A stretch of 64,000 nucleotides of DNA from Selaginella moellendorffii. Lineage: Eukaryota; Plantae; Lycopodiophyta. A program made the translations under genes and the position numbers. The notes under the pieces are model-generated. The model was not told where the DNA came from, made no database searches, and worked only from the letters and a program-made list of their open reading frames with translations. Location of the stretch: NCBI RefSeq assembly GCF_000143415.4, contig NW_003314353.1, positions 1-64,000 of the forward strand. The letters are read 5' to 3'. Shown here piece after piece: positions 22,230 through 33,850 of this stretch (positions are counted from its first letter, which is position 1; each line of letters begins with the position of its first letter).

Positions 22230-24471
22230 TTATCGCGTGATACGAAGAATCCCATTGCACTGAGACAATAGGATTTTCATATAGTACTTGGAGCCTCGCG
22301 AGAGATTGACTTTGGAGCGTTTAGCAGCCGGAAGGTCGTCGATTGTACACTCTGAAAATCCGCGATGCACAAACCTGCGAGCATTCTCTCGTTAGTTTCA
22401 TGCGTTTCCCATTGTTTTGCGAACTTACCAGTCGGCAGTGCGCGTTGTTAGGAGAAAGAGTTTCTCCAGTCCGGTCCTTGCAGCTTTTCTTTCGATGTAA
22501 TCTAAAAGAACAAAATGAAAAAAGTCGTTTTTGACGAAGAAAACTTGAAGCTTACCGAGAAGGCTGTCACCTTGGCCGTGGCCACGGCACTCCGGAGCTA
22601 CTGCAAAAGCGGCAATTCTCCTGATTTCTCAGCAGGATATGGGAAGAGCGCAGCGCATGCGATCAAGCATCCATCTCTTTCCACCACTATGAAATCGTCA
22701 ATTTCTTGAATCAGCTGAAACAGAAAGTTACATGAATACCAAGAAGAGAATAGAGGAAGAACTTGCCTGCTGTTTGCTCCTGTGGACGAGGATGCCATGC
22801 TCTTCCAAAGGACGAAGAAGTTGCTGGATGCCCAAGATATCAGAGCTTGTTGCCGAGCGAGTCCCTTCATACATATCACTGCAGCACAACAGTTGGATCG
22901 GGAAAACGAAATCAAGAAAAATGTCATACTTGGAAATCATAGTTCCAATTCCATCTCGCGTGTAAAACTCGAGAAGGATTGCACCTTCGACAGTACAATC
23001 CAGAAGATGAACACGCGTAACACCGCCCTGTTGGAAAGTTAATAGTAAACCAGATGCACGAAAAAAAGAGAGGATAGAAAGCATACCCGACAAGCGAATA
23101 CAGCCGCAGCCAGTTCCGAAAGATGTGTTCTACTTTGTCTTTCCCGGCCACCAATTGCAAAACCCGAGTTTTGATCCGTATGTGAACTTGCCATGGGACT
23201 TCCATTTGAGAAAGAATCAAGTCCCAAGCTTATGGAGTATTTTGCTCCAGCGACAGCCTTGACATAATCAGCAGCAGTGTAACTTTGGCTCGTTTGAGTT
23301 CTGATCGCTTGATCTGCTTGCTCGAGCGTCATGAACTTAAGAACACTGTTCTTCTCGTCCACAATCGGACCGTCGACCAGACAGAGCAACTTATCGGCCG
23401 TGAGGGCTGTTGCGCAAGAGGTCGCTACTTCATATGTACTGCAACAACGCTACCAAAGTATGAGATCAAGCTCCAAAAGACTACTTATTCGATGAACCTT
23501 TACCATCGTGGACATACTTGCAATTCAAAACGTCTCCAGAGCTCGAGTAGCCAAGGTTGCTAAGGATCACGATGCAGTTGCAATCCAACCTCTCTTTGAT
23601 GCGGACGATATCGAGCTTCTTCACTTCTCCTGTAGCTCCAAAGTCGACTCCATTAACAACACCTCTCCTCTGAAAGTTTATAGAAAGTCTATAGGAGGAG
23701 CAAAGGTCTAGAAAAATACACACGTACCTTAGCCGAGAGAAAGTTTCCTCCTGCAACGCTCAATCCAGCCCGTGCAGCTCCACCATGCCGTCGCAACACA
23801 GGGACCATTGGACCTCTTGAAAGCTTCGCTTCTATATCCACGAGGATTTTCCCTGCCGCTTCCATCGAGGCTTCAAGAGCGTTAGAGTCTGTGACTCTGT
23901 AGGCTCCAATGTAGCAAGGCTCCTGACCTGGAAGAAACTCCCATTTCTTAGTAGACACGATTATAACGCGATGACTACAAGAAAAACTTGTTTTTCTCAA
24001 GATCCTAGACAAGAAAGAGCAAGAAGAAACCTTACCCCTTTCTCGGAGAAGAGCATCGATCTGGATATGAGTTCCAGGAACGATCACCAGCTTGATGCCG
24101 AGTCCATGTAGAAGAGAGATATCCTATAGAAAAGATAAAATGCCATGCTATGGTTTCTACAAACATACCTGAAGAACATTGTCTAGAACAAGACGATTGG
24201 CGATAACTTCACCAGGGATGACGATCACGAAAGTACTGCCCCGATGGCCTTGAATGTATGGCCAGGCTTCGCGAAACCAGCTCACATACTGCCTCTGCTT
24301 GTCCATTGTCATGGCAATCCCCTCGCCGCTGGCGCTCATCGCAATGCAGCGAGCTGTGAGCTTGAGATTGGTGGCAGCGCGCAACCATCCTGCGCCAGTA
24401 CCGCCAAACGAGCTCTCGTTCTTTGCTCCGGCGTGCACAGCGCCCCCGCACAGCGGCATGGTAGCCATCAT
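22230..24471 (-). CDS. NAGS: Plastid N-acetylglutamate synthase (amino-acid acetyltransferase, kinase-like + GNAT domains)
   Basis: '[21 protein letters not shown]', '[11 protein letters not shown]', '[15 protein letters not shown]', '[25 protein letters not shown]', 'IACAALFPY', '[10 protein letters not shown]', 'RGSKYYMK'; TAA at 22232-22230. Confidence 0.93.
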
Positions 24472-25082
24472 CCGCCCTAGCTTGAATTAACTGGTTTAAA
24501 ATACATTACTTTGATTAAAATCATTAGCTTGACTTAAAGCAATCGATGGCGATGGCGGAGCCCCTTGAAATGCTGAATTTCTTCTCCATCAATGCTGGTA
24601 AATTTTCTTTTGGTGATCTATAGGAGAACTTTCTCCTAGGTCAATTCATCTCTTCTTCTTTGACAATAGCAGATGAGGAAGAAGAACTAATGAAAAACAC
24701 TAATTAGCTCATTTAGTTGTTTTCTGTCACTTTAGAATTAGAGTTTTCTATTTTTCCAGAGGCTTTTGGTTATCGATTTGTAAATCATAGGTACTGTTGA
24801 CATAGCAGACAGTTCTGCAATTCGTTCCATCCCCGGCAATTATCGCAATGTGGAGAACCGCGGCTTGGCGATCCAAGGCAGCCAATTGTCCTCTTTCTTT
24901 ATGCTGCACGCTGAAAATCTCTTGGATCAAAAAGTCCTCTCGGAGAACCAGCTTTGCAGCAGTCCCAAGGACTTCCTGTAGAAAAGTCTACCGAGGAAAA
25001 ACAAAGGGATTATACTGCTTTCCTTTTCTGGTATTCTCAGCATTTCCAGACTAAGTTTGTGTAATATAGAATTTTGAAATCC

Positions 25083-27506
25083 TCATTCCATCAGAATATC
25101 TGATCTACTGGGATGGACTGCAATGAGGCTAGCGACTGTATACTCTCCATTGCTCCATATCAGCTTCCCGAAAACATCATTATCAATGTTTGAGTCGCCC
25201 TCCACTCTAAATATCACCTGGAATGCTTTTGTCTCGCCCTTGTGCTTGAACCGCAGCACTGATGGATGAACCGACACCGACACACTGTCCGGTGCCTCGA
25301 TAGATGCCGTGTAGTTCGTCGCATCATCTCGGAGATGGCAATGGATGGATAGTTGAGGTCTGTGGGATTGTCGGGACACGTAGCAGAAGTTTCCGTGAGG
25401 CATTGAAGTTCAGTTTGGTTGTATCCCAGACCGCAGAGATATCCAATGTAGTCTTGCTCGTCGGCGTCGTATACTAGGCCAGGGTGTGCAGCAGCATTTG
25501 GATTTACGTGCCCTCCACCAAAATGAAGGGGTGTTGCAGGAGTTCCTGATGAATTCTTGATTGGTTCTCCAAGATTATCGAATGAGTAACCTGTTTTGTT
25601 TTGAAGTGTCATGAACCATGGAGGTTCCATGGTCCGTCGGAGTTATTGAATTGTGCGTGTGCTGTTAGAATGTTTACTCCTGGAGCTGTAATATTGGGCT
25701 GAGAGAACAAAAGTCTTTAAAAACTACCAAAAAATTAGCCTGGATCAATATGGTTGGGTGCTATGAAGGGAGCAGGCTTTTGATTTCTCAATGTTATTTG
25801 ATGCTGTATATCCGCTATAGGATCTCTGCCAGGCACACAAAGGTAAGAAACAGAAAGAAGAACGAAGATTTTACCTTTGTAGATTTGATATATGAATAGA
25901 TGGCTTGTCCAACTTCTTCATCGACATGAATTCAGGGAAGAAATTTATTATCAGGATTTTGATCGACTAGAGTGGAGTTGCAAAAGATAATTCCAGCTCC
26001 GCCAGCTCGATCAACTTCGCGTGATTGGAACCCTGGCTGCATCGGCCCTCTCAACCATGCCCGGACTTTCTCGGGATCCAAAGACCGGCTCATACACAAT
26101 TGCCTGCAGCATTAATAGTGTTCTCAAATCTATACATTAAGAAGATATTTTACCTGGCTGTAAAGTTGGAAGTTGGCAAGCCACCATCGGCTCCCGCAGC
26201 AAGATGATACCACTACTTTTTTAATCTTTGCTCCGTCATACTAAAACCCCGAAATGATTTATTGTTGCCAAGGTAAAGGTCTCCAAAATAGGATCGATCA
26301 AGAGTGCTCGATCCAACAGTGATGACCCAAGGAGCTCCATTTTGCACAGAACCAGGACCCAGAGTCTGCTGCGCGTTTCCAGCAGAAGCTACCACCACAA
26401 TGCCTTTCTGCACGGCATGGAATGAACCCGATCGACAGTGCGTGCTGGAAGTAATCGCCGAATACGCAGAAAGCGTGAGTCTGGAGCGCCACCTTTTGCA
26501 GTGCCTTTTGCGTAGCCAAGCCAGTTTGCGTTTCTCACGAATCGGCCTCCGGCAGTGGAAGCCGTGTGAGTTCCATGGCTGTGAACATCTCTTGGAGAAA
26601 GAAGTTCTTGGTGTGCTTTTGCATATGCCTCGGGACCATCTTGCAGGCCGTTGGCACCTATCAGTTTCCTGAAAGATCAAAGTTGAAAAAATTAAAATTC
26701 ACGTGAGTGTTCTTTTTACTCGTTGCAGTGAGAAGCGTTGAATTGCGCCCCAGTTTTGCAAGTTCCTTTCCATCTTTCGGGAATTGGTCCCATGCCATGT
26801 TCGGAAAAGCTTTTCGATTCTGGCCATACTCCTGGAGAAGACCAGTAAAAAGAAGAAGAATACGAAAAAGTGAAATACAAACACCGATGATGATGTCTTT
26901 GCCAAATTTTGCTCTCCTCCATAGCCACGATGATTCGGTAGCTCCGCTAGCACCGTACAAGGATTTCCCTCCATTTCCATAGAGGCCGAGAAACTCCCAT
27001 GAGTTTGTGGTGTGGACCGTATGAATTTTGTTGGGAAAGACGGACAACACGTTGGGAGACCTGCAGTGTGAGAAGAGGTTGACTTACATTTATAAACTTC
27101 AAGTTTTTCATGAGCCTTACCAGAGAGTTTAGCCGCTTGTTCTTCTGTTAGACGAGCCGAGAAGCCACTAAATCCATGCATGTAGCTAAAACCCAGTGAT
27201 TCTCTGGCAGCCTCGGCACTGGCATAAACGAATTTGGATGAAGTCATACTCTTTTCTTTTGTGATTAAAGTTTTACCTTCCTAGAACGTCGTGAAGGAGT
27301 GCGTGATGGGAGCCAGTAACAGCATCTGGATGGAGCGATTTATCGACATTCCCCAAATAGACAATGTGAGTGTCTCCTTGATCTCGTCCCTGGAAATAGA
27401 ATATAACGCAAGGGCTTATAAATTATACGTTATGCTACTTAAGAACCTGAGCGATGGAGATCGCACTTGAACTTAGAAGGATGAATAGATAGATTGAGAG
27501 CGCCAT
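25083..27506 (-). pseudogene. Full-length-derived subtilase pseudogene (signal peptide, I9, S8, PA, Fn3) with frameshifts and deletions
   Basis: 'MALSIYLFILL', I9 'FSYMHGFSGFSARLTEEQA', 'HTTNSWEFLGL', 'HGTHTASTAGG', 'GGGHVNPNAAAHPGLVYDA', 'LNYPSIAI'. Catalytic-Asp codons after 'DIIIGV' and the 'CPHV' after GTSM appear deleted. Confidence 0.88.
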
Positions 27507-28279
27507 GAACTTGGAAGACTTCTGTTGAAGATTTGTAGGTAAGAAGATATGATAATTTATATTGGAGGTGTCCGTGTGTAACGCGGTCACCTTTTTTGAC
27601 GACTAATTCAAGAGAGTCCGTCCATGACTCGTGATGCTAAATTTAAGAAGCAAGAAACATTCATACAACGATCTGTTGCTGTATGTTCGCTGCAGGGAAG
27701 CTGCAACATTGAGCTGAAAACATATAAACTTAACGATTTTCTTCTTTTACCTCGTTGGCCTCGCCAGCTTTGTCCACAAACTTTTCTATGAGATAGCCAG
27801 GGCTCTAGCTTTCCTCTTGCCAGTCTTCACCTCTTGAATGCGTTGCTGAAGGAGCCCTAGCTCCGTCAGTCCTCATCTCAGCATACGCATTCCGAGTCTT
27901 CGAGTGTGGAGTGTTCGGCCATGGATTACTCGCATTTAAGCGTAACACAGATGGAATATTAAAATAGATTCTTAATAGATAACATTTTTATTCTTAGAGT
28001 AAGCCCTATTCGTCCAAGTAAAGAGTAGCAAGTAAGTTTGGCAAAACCTTGGAGGCCAGTGGGAGCTGGAGCTGCAAAGATGCCGCGAGTTCCTCCTCCA
28101 CGAGCGGTACGACGAGCAGGTCCTGGTGCAGTGCCACCTCCTCCTCGACAAGCAGGCCTCCACGAGCAGTTTCTCCTCGGTCACCACACACTGGCACCAC
28201 CGAGCTCGCCACGATCTCCTCAAGCGGCTCCTCGTCCTCCTCAGGCCGTGTCACCACCACAAGCGGCTCCTCATCCTCT

Positions 28280-28492
28280 TGGGGCAGTGTCACCACCATG
28301 AGCACTGCCACAAGAGACTCCTCCTCCTCCTCTGGCAGTGTCTCATCGTCCGCTAGCACCACCATCTGAGGGCAAAGCTCCTCCTCCTCCTCCACGGGCA
28401 GTGTCTCATCGTCCGCTAGCACCACCACCTGAGCTGAGGCTCCTCCTCCTCCTCCTCGGGCAGGGTTTCATCGTCCGCTAGCACCACCACCA
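28280..28492. repeat. ~60 bp imperfect tandem repeat with (CCT)n tracts, 3-4 copies
   Basis: 'ggcagtgtctcatcgtccgctagcaccacc' recurs at ~28333 and ~28397, with a variant at ~28459. Confidence 0.8.
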
Positions 28493-29450
28493 TCCACAGG
28501 GAACTCGCGGATCATAGTTGTATGGCTTTCCAGTCCCGCAGCAAGATTCTGGTCCGTTCTGAGAGCCTGGAACGATTCGTAACTAGAGAAGAGATATAGG
28601 ATGCCGGTTACCATTGGACGGAGTCCCGAAAGCTGGCTCGCAGCATGTCTAAGGTGATCCTGAGACGCTCGTTGTGAAGAACTGTGATCCGGTTGTAGTC
28701 GATGGGGCAGCCCATGGTGTCATGGTCATTGGGATCCGTGCTGGCGAAGCAGGAACTCGGGCACCATGAAGTTGGCCGCTCTGAAAGTCGTCGAGAGGAA
28801 CTATACGAGGAAAAGTATTGGTGAGGTTAAAACACACCAGTCTAGAGGAAAAGTTACCAGAACAGTCGCTGTGATGTTCTCCACGACGTGGGGGATTACA
28901 GTGCGCTCCGCTTCACGAACCGTCCTGTTATCGCGGAAGAATGCATCTGTTGTTGGCAAAGGCCGGTGATCTTAGCTGGAAAAAATCGCGGGTGAATAAC
29001 CAAGTAGAAATGGAAGAGATGAAATAACCAACTTACCAAGAGATTGATTCCCAAGAGCATCTCTCACGAGCCACTGGATCTGAGGCATGAGAGGGTATGG
29101 GTCTGCCGAGATCCAATCGAGTTGGCAGCCCTCCCTCCTGCAAATTCGAGACAACAATTCCCAGCGCCTGAGCTGCGGATCGCCCAACAGAAGATGAGAT
29201 TCGAGCAAGGAGAATGATATCCAGCATCAGGCGCCCATCCGAGAGCCGCCGCTTGCAGTAGGGCTCCTCGTCCGGAGGTTCCCGACATCACCCCAATCGT
29301 CGCCAAAGCCGAAGAGCACCTGTGGCCGCCGCCGCCGCCTTCGCGCTGCCCCTGCGCCAAAATGCCGCACAACACAAGCAAGACAAGCGATGGAAACCTC
29401 ATCGATCTTACAACCCGCCATTTTTCCCGATGAAAATAGTTTAGGGTTCT
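28492..29450 (-). pseudogene. Deleted, frameshifted inverted copy of the GDSL gene at 7068-8479 including introns and promoter
   Basis: 'MRFPSLVLLVLCGILAQGQR', 'FGFGDDWGDVGN', 'VRDALGNQSLG'; intron and upstream 'aaccctaaac' sequences are co-linear with 6970-8290. Confidence 0.92.
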
Positions 29451-30254
29451 AAGTTTTAGCCCGGCAAGATAAGAAATGAGTTAAAAGAGTAAAGTTTAAA
29501 ATAACAAATATAATATTATATTTAATATATTTAAGAATATTTTAGGTATATTCATTATCTCTTGGTACTTTATATTATTACAAGATAATTTTATGTTTTT
29601 AATTTTAATATTATTTTTGTTTTTAATTGCAGAAAAATCTCTAGGAACATATTTAGTAGTAGCATTATCAGCTTCCAAATGTTCACATTAGTCCTTGTAG
29701 CAAGGGACACTCAGACCATGTTGCAAAACCATCTGTGTAAATATAATTTGTTTTTATAAGAAAGCCATAAAACTTTGTTGAAAATGGCTAGTTTTCTTGT
29801 TTATTTCTCAATATTATTTACTGTCACATATAGCTATTTTAAATTTTATTTTATTTTATTTTTATATATACCAGAAGAAGAGATATGTTTGAAAAAATGA
29901 AAAAGCTAAAGTAAAAAAGATGAGAGCTCATACAAGGAGAAAGGTTTGATGTGTAAGCTAGTAATGGTGAATTCGGATCTATCTAGAGGTGGCCAAAATG
30001 AAGCACATTATTTTCATTTTTCTCCCTCCCTGATTCTTGGATTCCTGCTCGTTTGATCTTTGGCAAGAGATGGAGTACTAGAGTAGGAATTAGGTGTAGC
30101 GTGGAATGCAGGGGGTGGTGTGGCTCCAAGAGTATACCAAACCAAACCACTCTCATGTACAAAACGTTAAACCAATTAATTTTGATGGTAGAACATATAA
30201 ATATTTAACAAAGTTTATAAATTATGAATAGATGGTAAAATGTTCCAAACATAT

Positions 30255-31747
30255 TTGAGCTTCCACCAGAGCTTCCTCGAGCTGCTTTGCTCGTCCCAGC
30301 ATGCCGATCATGCAGTGGTAGTGCTCAATGCCCGGATCTAATCCACACCTAGACATCATCTCCTGGAAAAACTTTTTGCCTTGCTCGATCATCCCAGCCC
30401 GGGTGCAAGTCGTGAGCACCGAGACATAAGTTACACCGTCCGGCTTGACACCCCCCTCACATCACTTGATCGCTGTCTCCCTGGCGGCTGTAGCCCGCGA
30501 TAAGTGAGCTCCAACTCACAGCATCCTTCCTCGAGACCGAGCTAAAAACCAGCTCCGCTTCGTCCATGCTCCCACAGCTGCTGTAGAAATCGACCAATGA
30601 AGAGATCACGGCTCCCTGGAACTGGAACCCCAAGCTCGTGATCTCTTCGTGAAGTATCCGGCCAAGCCTCAAGGCTACCGAGCTTCAACCAGCTTTGAGC
30701 GCGCAAACGAGCGTCCACACGTCTGGAGAACATCCCTCAAGTTGCATTAGGAAGAAAAAATGTAAAGCAGTTTCAGCCTGGCTGTTTTCAACGTACCCGA
30801 GCACCAATGCCGTCCAGAAGACTTGATTTGGCTGGAAAATGGTGCTAAACACTCCAAGAGCATCGCCCATGCTGCCATAAGCCGCGTACATTTGGATCAA
30901 GAAGCTGTGAAGAAAGATATCCAAGCGATGCATATGGTTAGTAATTTGCAAGGGCTGCGCGTGAAAAGCCATATCTCTTTCCAGAGACTTCAACTTGAGT
31001 ATCCTTCCATGATCTACTCCTCCCTCCCTCTTTGCTAGAGAAGTGATGGCCTGGAACACCGCAACAAAGGTTCTGGCATTTGCTCCACTGCTTTCTCACT
31101 GAAGCACCACCTCCCTCTGCCCATTCTCAACAAATCCCTGCATCAAAGAAGTCCATAGAACTACGTCACGCTTTGGAGCTCCATGAAAAACCTTCCACGC
31201 ATCCACCACGGTTCCACACCGAGCATACATTTCCACCAGGCTGCTAGCTACCAAAGCGTTTGTGTCGATTCCCCGAAGAGCCATTCCTCTCTCGACGGAA
31301 GAAAACTTCACGACGAGCTCTAGATCTTGTAAAACCTTCCCATTTTCCTTCTCTGCGAGGCCTTGAGCAATCCAATAAACGTGACAGAGCTCCCTTGCAA
31401 GCCTCGCGATTCCATGTCCAGGAAGAGCTGGAGCGTGCCATGCCCATTCTCGGCATAGCCCAGAATGAGAGAATTCCACGGGACGGGGTCGGGGCAATCC
31501 ATCCGGTCGAAAGCCCTGCATGCCTCGCCCATGCTGCCGCACTTGAGATTCACTAGGTCGCTCGTCACGAACGCATTGGAATCGAGGCCGCAGCTCTCCG
31601 CCTCGGCGTGGATTTGCTTACCCCGGGACCGAGAGCATTCCTTGAGCGACGCAAGGAATCTCCTCACCTCGCAATCGCTGGAGCGGGCGCGGCCAAGCTT
31701 GGAACGGAAAGCTCGAGGTCACGAAGAGGAAGAACGAAGGTTTCATT
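30255..31747 (-). pseudogene. PLS-class PPR-E pseudogene A, copy 1
   Basis: 'LKCGSMGEACRAFDRM', 'SLVEMYARCGTVVDAWKVF', 'DAVSWSSLIAGY', 'IEHYHCMIGMLGRA' in shifting frames. Confidence 0.88.
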
Positions 31748-31764
31748 TGATTCTTTGTTTCAAA

Positions 31765-31850
31765 GACAACCTTGACCGTTTATAAGACTATCTTGACCCC
31801 GTACTAACATAACTATTTAATTACATTTTTTATTGCCATATAAAAAGGCC
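31765..31850. promoter_or_regulatory. Bidirectional promoter between PPR-A and orphan ORF: two W-box-like TTGACC, TATA-like elements
   Basis: 'cTTGACCgtttataagactatcTTGACCc' and 'ccatataaaaagg' ~35 bp upstream of the ORF ATG. The TATA element is present in all four units. Confidence 0.45.
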
Positions 31851-31877
31851 TTTTAAGATTCACACAATCAGGGTTCA

Positions 31878-32570
31878 ATGGCAGCGGAGATCGAGAGTGT
31901 GGACAAGAAGGCTAACGCTGTGGCAGCGATGACTGTGATCAAAAAGGGAAGGAAGAGGCAGCGAGACAAAGAGGGACAAACTCATACAAAGGCTAGTGCT
32001 CCAAAGAGAAGGCATGAGCTCGAGGAGGAACCCCCTATGGTCCCAAAGAAAAATTTGAGCAGCAAGGTAGTATACAAGATTGATGGGTTAGTTATCACTT
32101 CCCACAGCGATTTTCATGACTTTTGGCCGCGATCAGCATCCAAGCTACCGGCACCGGACTACCTCCACTGCGCTGGAGCTCAAGAGCTTCACAGCCTCCT
32201 CACCCAAGAGCTCTGCAGGAGAGACCGTGATGATTGCGGCCCAAGGAACGCCCAGCTCTTGGTGGTGATTGGCGGGACGAGATGCTACATGATGAGGCGA
32301 CTCGAGGACTTGTGCCACTCGACTAGATGCGCTGGAGACAAGATCTGGTATGGAGTCCAGATTAAAGAGGGTGGAAGCTTGTGCACGCTGTTCAAGTATA
32401 TGTTTGATGGGAGGAGCACGAGCATGAGCCGGGACATGTCCAAGGAAATCCATGCCAAGGATTGCACAAACAAGACAAACAACATGATTCAAGAGATCCT
32501 CTCCCATGTCTCTGGGAACAAGAGCAACAATTACTTCTCTCCAATCCGTGTGGAGAGTGTCCACCATTGA
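31878..32570 (+). CDS. Orphan 230-aa protein, copy 1 (basic NLS-like N-terminus, Cys/His-rich core)
   Basis: Intact intronless ORF with ATG in 'caATGG' context and upstream TATA; KKGRKRQR and PKRR motifs. Confidence 0.6.
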   Translation: MAAEIESVDKKANAVAAMTVIKKGRKRQRDKEGQTHTKASAPKRRHELEEEPPMVPKKNLSSKVVYKIDGLVITSHSDFHDFWPRSASKLPAPDYLHCAGAQELHSLLTQELCRRDRDDCGPRNAQLLVVIGGTRCYMMRRLEDLCHSTRCAGDKIWYGVQIKEGGSLCTLFKYMFDGRSTSMSRDMSKEIHAKDCTNKTNNMIQEILSHVSGNKSNNYFSPIRVESVHH

Positions 32571-32888
32571 AATCACCCATGAGCTTTCACCCATGGTGAG
32601 CTTTCACTGTAAGAGAGTACATCAAAATAGAGAACAATTAAAAGTAGTGTGTTATTTCTCCCGATCGACATTGGCTTCGCTTCTTAAATTCCTGATGCAT
32701 TGCTTCACCAATATGGGCTGGTGATTCTATAACCGTGACTTCCACAAATTTCAGTCAGCAAAACAGCAAAACAAAAAGCTATCAGAACGATGGACGATCA
32801 AGGCAGAAAGAGATGTATGTATACATACCACTTGATTTTGTCCTGGGCCGTGCCGACTGAAATATTTAGTGGGCCATGTTAATGTAAT

Positions 32889-32938
32889 GGGCATTTGGTC
32901 TAGTGGCATGGTTCTCGCTTTGCAAGAGGTCCCGAGTG
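32889..32938 (+). pseudogene. tRNA-Pro-derived pseudogene, copy 1 (anticodon-arm deletion, truncated at the T-loop)
   Basis: GGGCATTTGGTCTAGTGGCATGGTTCTCGCTTTG-CAAGAGGTCCCGAGT matches plant tRNA-Pro GGGCATTTGGTCTAGTGGTATGATTCTCGCTT(N)GGGTGCGAGAGGTCCCGAGTTC. Confidence 0.85.
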
Positions 32939-32939
32939 T

Positions 32940-33850
32940 ATTTTCAACAAATGAGAAATTGCTCCGCGCTCGTCTCTCCATTTTTCTTCGGCATGGAAGC
33001 TTCGAAGAAGCCTTTTGCCTCGTGCAAGAGCATCACTGGGACGTGCTAAACAAGCTCTTTGCTTTCGCCATTTGCCCGTTTATGGCATACCCGTGAATTG
33101 TGACGCTTCGAGTGATGGTCTTATCGAACAGCTCTTGAACATATGTTGCCATGAGGGTGCTCCATGTCGGCATCTTGTAGCGGCATAGAATAAAAAATTT
33201 GTTTAGCCATTTTCAGATGCCCGGCCATGGGTTCCACATCACTATATCCTTGCTGCTGGCTTTGTTGGGTTAAGCTCCTTGCAGCGCTATATGCTTCAAT
33301 CATCACTTTCCAGGAGATGTCATCATGTCGCGGTGCGGCAATCCATCAAAGACTTGTTGGGCTTTATCTGTTCTGCATAAGATTTGAGCGTTGTGGTGGG
33401 GGAGACAAGATCAACTTCAGTCATGCGATGGAAGATTTGTTCTGTGCTGTGAGAATCCCCAGATCGGGCGTATGTTGACAGGAGACAATATCAGATTTCG
33501 TCCATATTGTCACCGTGTGTATAGGCAGCGAGCATTGCGCTCCAGGTGATGAGATCATGTTCCTCCATCGAATGAAAACCTAGCTTGGCTTTCTCCAAAT
33601 GCCCAGAACAAGCAAGTGCAGTAAGAATTGTGGTAGAAGAAATGAGTTTCCATTCTGGGATTGATTCATAAAGTGACTGTGCCTTGAGAAGAGTGTTGTT
33701 TGTGATATAAACAGCTATCATTGCATAAGTTGTTTTGCGGGATTTTGAACAAGAGATGTTCTGCTTCATGGAGATGAGCATTTGTGGCAAATGCTTACAA
33801 TATCATCACCCAGGAGAAGCAGTCCTTGGTGACAATTCTGCAAAAGATTT
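32940..33850 (-). pseudogene. PPR pseudogene B, copy 1 (SS-type motifs)
   Basis: 'SGHLEKAKLGFHSMEEHDLITWSAMLAAY', 'GHLKMAKQIFYSMP', 'GYAINGQMAKAKSLF'. Confidence 0.82.

Noticed and set aside
24748-25054. Exon-like fragment between NAGS and the subtilase pseudogene (similar case at 27660-27930)
   Set aside because: Splice-like signals are present, but there is no start, no family match and no complete gene model.
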